Shown here: positions 24,952 to 25,202 of the stretch, one piece after another | Layout: each line of letters begins with the position of its first letter | Position numbering within the stretch: position 1 is the first letter of the stretch | IMG/VR virus record: IMGVR_UViG_3300028738_000069 | Location: 1 to 25,202 of that record | Direction: 5' to 3' (one strand) | Length of the DNA: 25,202 nucleotides | DNA from: a virus | Taxonomy: Duplodnaviria; Caudoviricetes | Notes under the pieces: generated by a model | What the model was told of the DNA's origin: nothing | The model's database searches: none | What the model saw: only the letters and a program-made list of their open reading frames with translations | Made by a program: the position numbers and the translations under genes

Positions 24952-25086
24952 ATGACAAATAATGTCGATAACCGTTTTACACTCCGCATTAAACCAGAAG
25001 AACGTGCCGTACTACAAAAAAAAGCGGACGCGAAAAAATGGAGCCTTGCGAAGTACATCAGAATTAAGCTAGGGCTGGAAAAATAA
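24952..25086 (+). CDS. 44-aa ribbon-helix-helix (Arc/MobC-like) protein (not in ORF track)
   Basis: GAGG RBS; 'RFTLRIKPEERAVLQKKADAKKWSLAKYIR'. Confidence 0.65.
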   Translation: MTNNVDNRFTLRIKPEERAVLQKKADAKKWSLAKYIRIKLGLEK

Positions 25087-25202
25087 TGGCACGATACGAT
25101 CGAGTGTTTACAGTCGAAGAGCAGCGTGCGCTATTTAGCGGCCTATTAAACGGAACTACTCTAGAGGAGTGCAAGAAAATATTGCACACTAGCGAATCTA
25201 CA
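25086..25202 (+). CDS. Partial CDS (possibly terminase small subunit by position)
   Basis: TAATG coupling; open to the window end. Confidence 0.3.
   Translation, partial: MARYDRVFTVEEQRALFSGLLNGTTLEECKKILHTSEST

Noticed and set aside
16000-25202. Integron integrase or phage integrase gene
   Set aside because: No ORF with tyrosine-recombinase (R...HxxR...Y) or serine-recombinase motifs; one could lie outside the window.

Overview
This window covers most of a P22-like (podovirus-type) phage genome. The + strand (1-15900) carries the virion and lysis module: portal C-terminus, scaffold, P22-type coat, gp4/gp10-like tail hub proteins, three ejection-protein-like genes, two tailspike/fibre genes with paralogous N-termini, a third appendage gene, holin-like genes and an M15-type peptidase endolysin. 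A leftward early operon (~16000-22300) carries SSAP, SSB-like and small genes. A rightward operon (22536-25202) has a lambda-O-like initiator with internal iterons. The standout feature is two integron-like gene-cassette arrays inserted in the leftward early operon (16116-17146 and 20200-22168). Together they hold five complete attC sites with canonical R''/L''/L'/R' architecture plus one truncated attC. Each array is headed by a copy of the same 43-bp attI-like sequence, and no integron integrase is visible in the window. The cassettes carry phage-type cargo: an Arr-like ADP-ribosyltransferase, a deleted two-frame C5 methyltransferase, a homopolymer-frameshifted adenine methyltransferase, an HEXXH protein and small unknowns. 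A C4/CI-like structured RNA with a complementary loop pair sits where a repressor gene would normally be. All protein calls come from motif recognition and synteny, not database searches.
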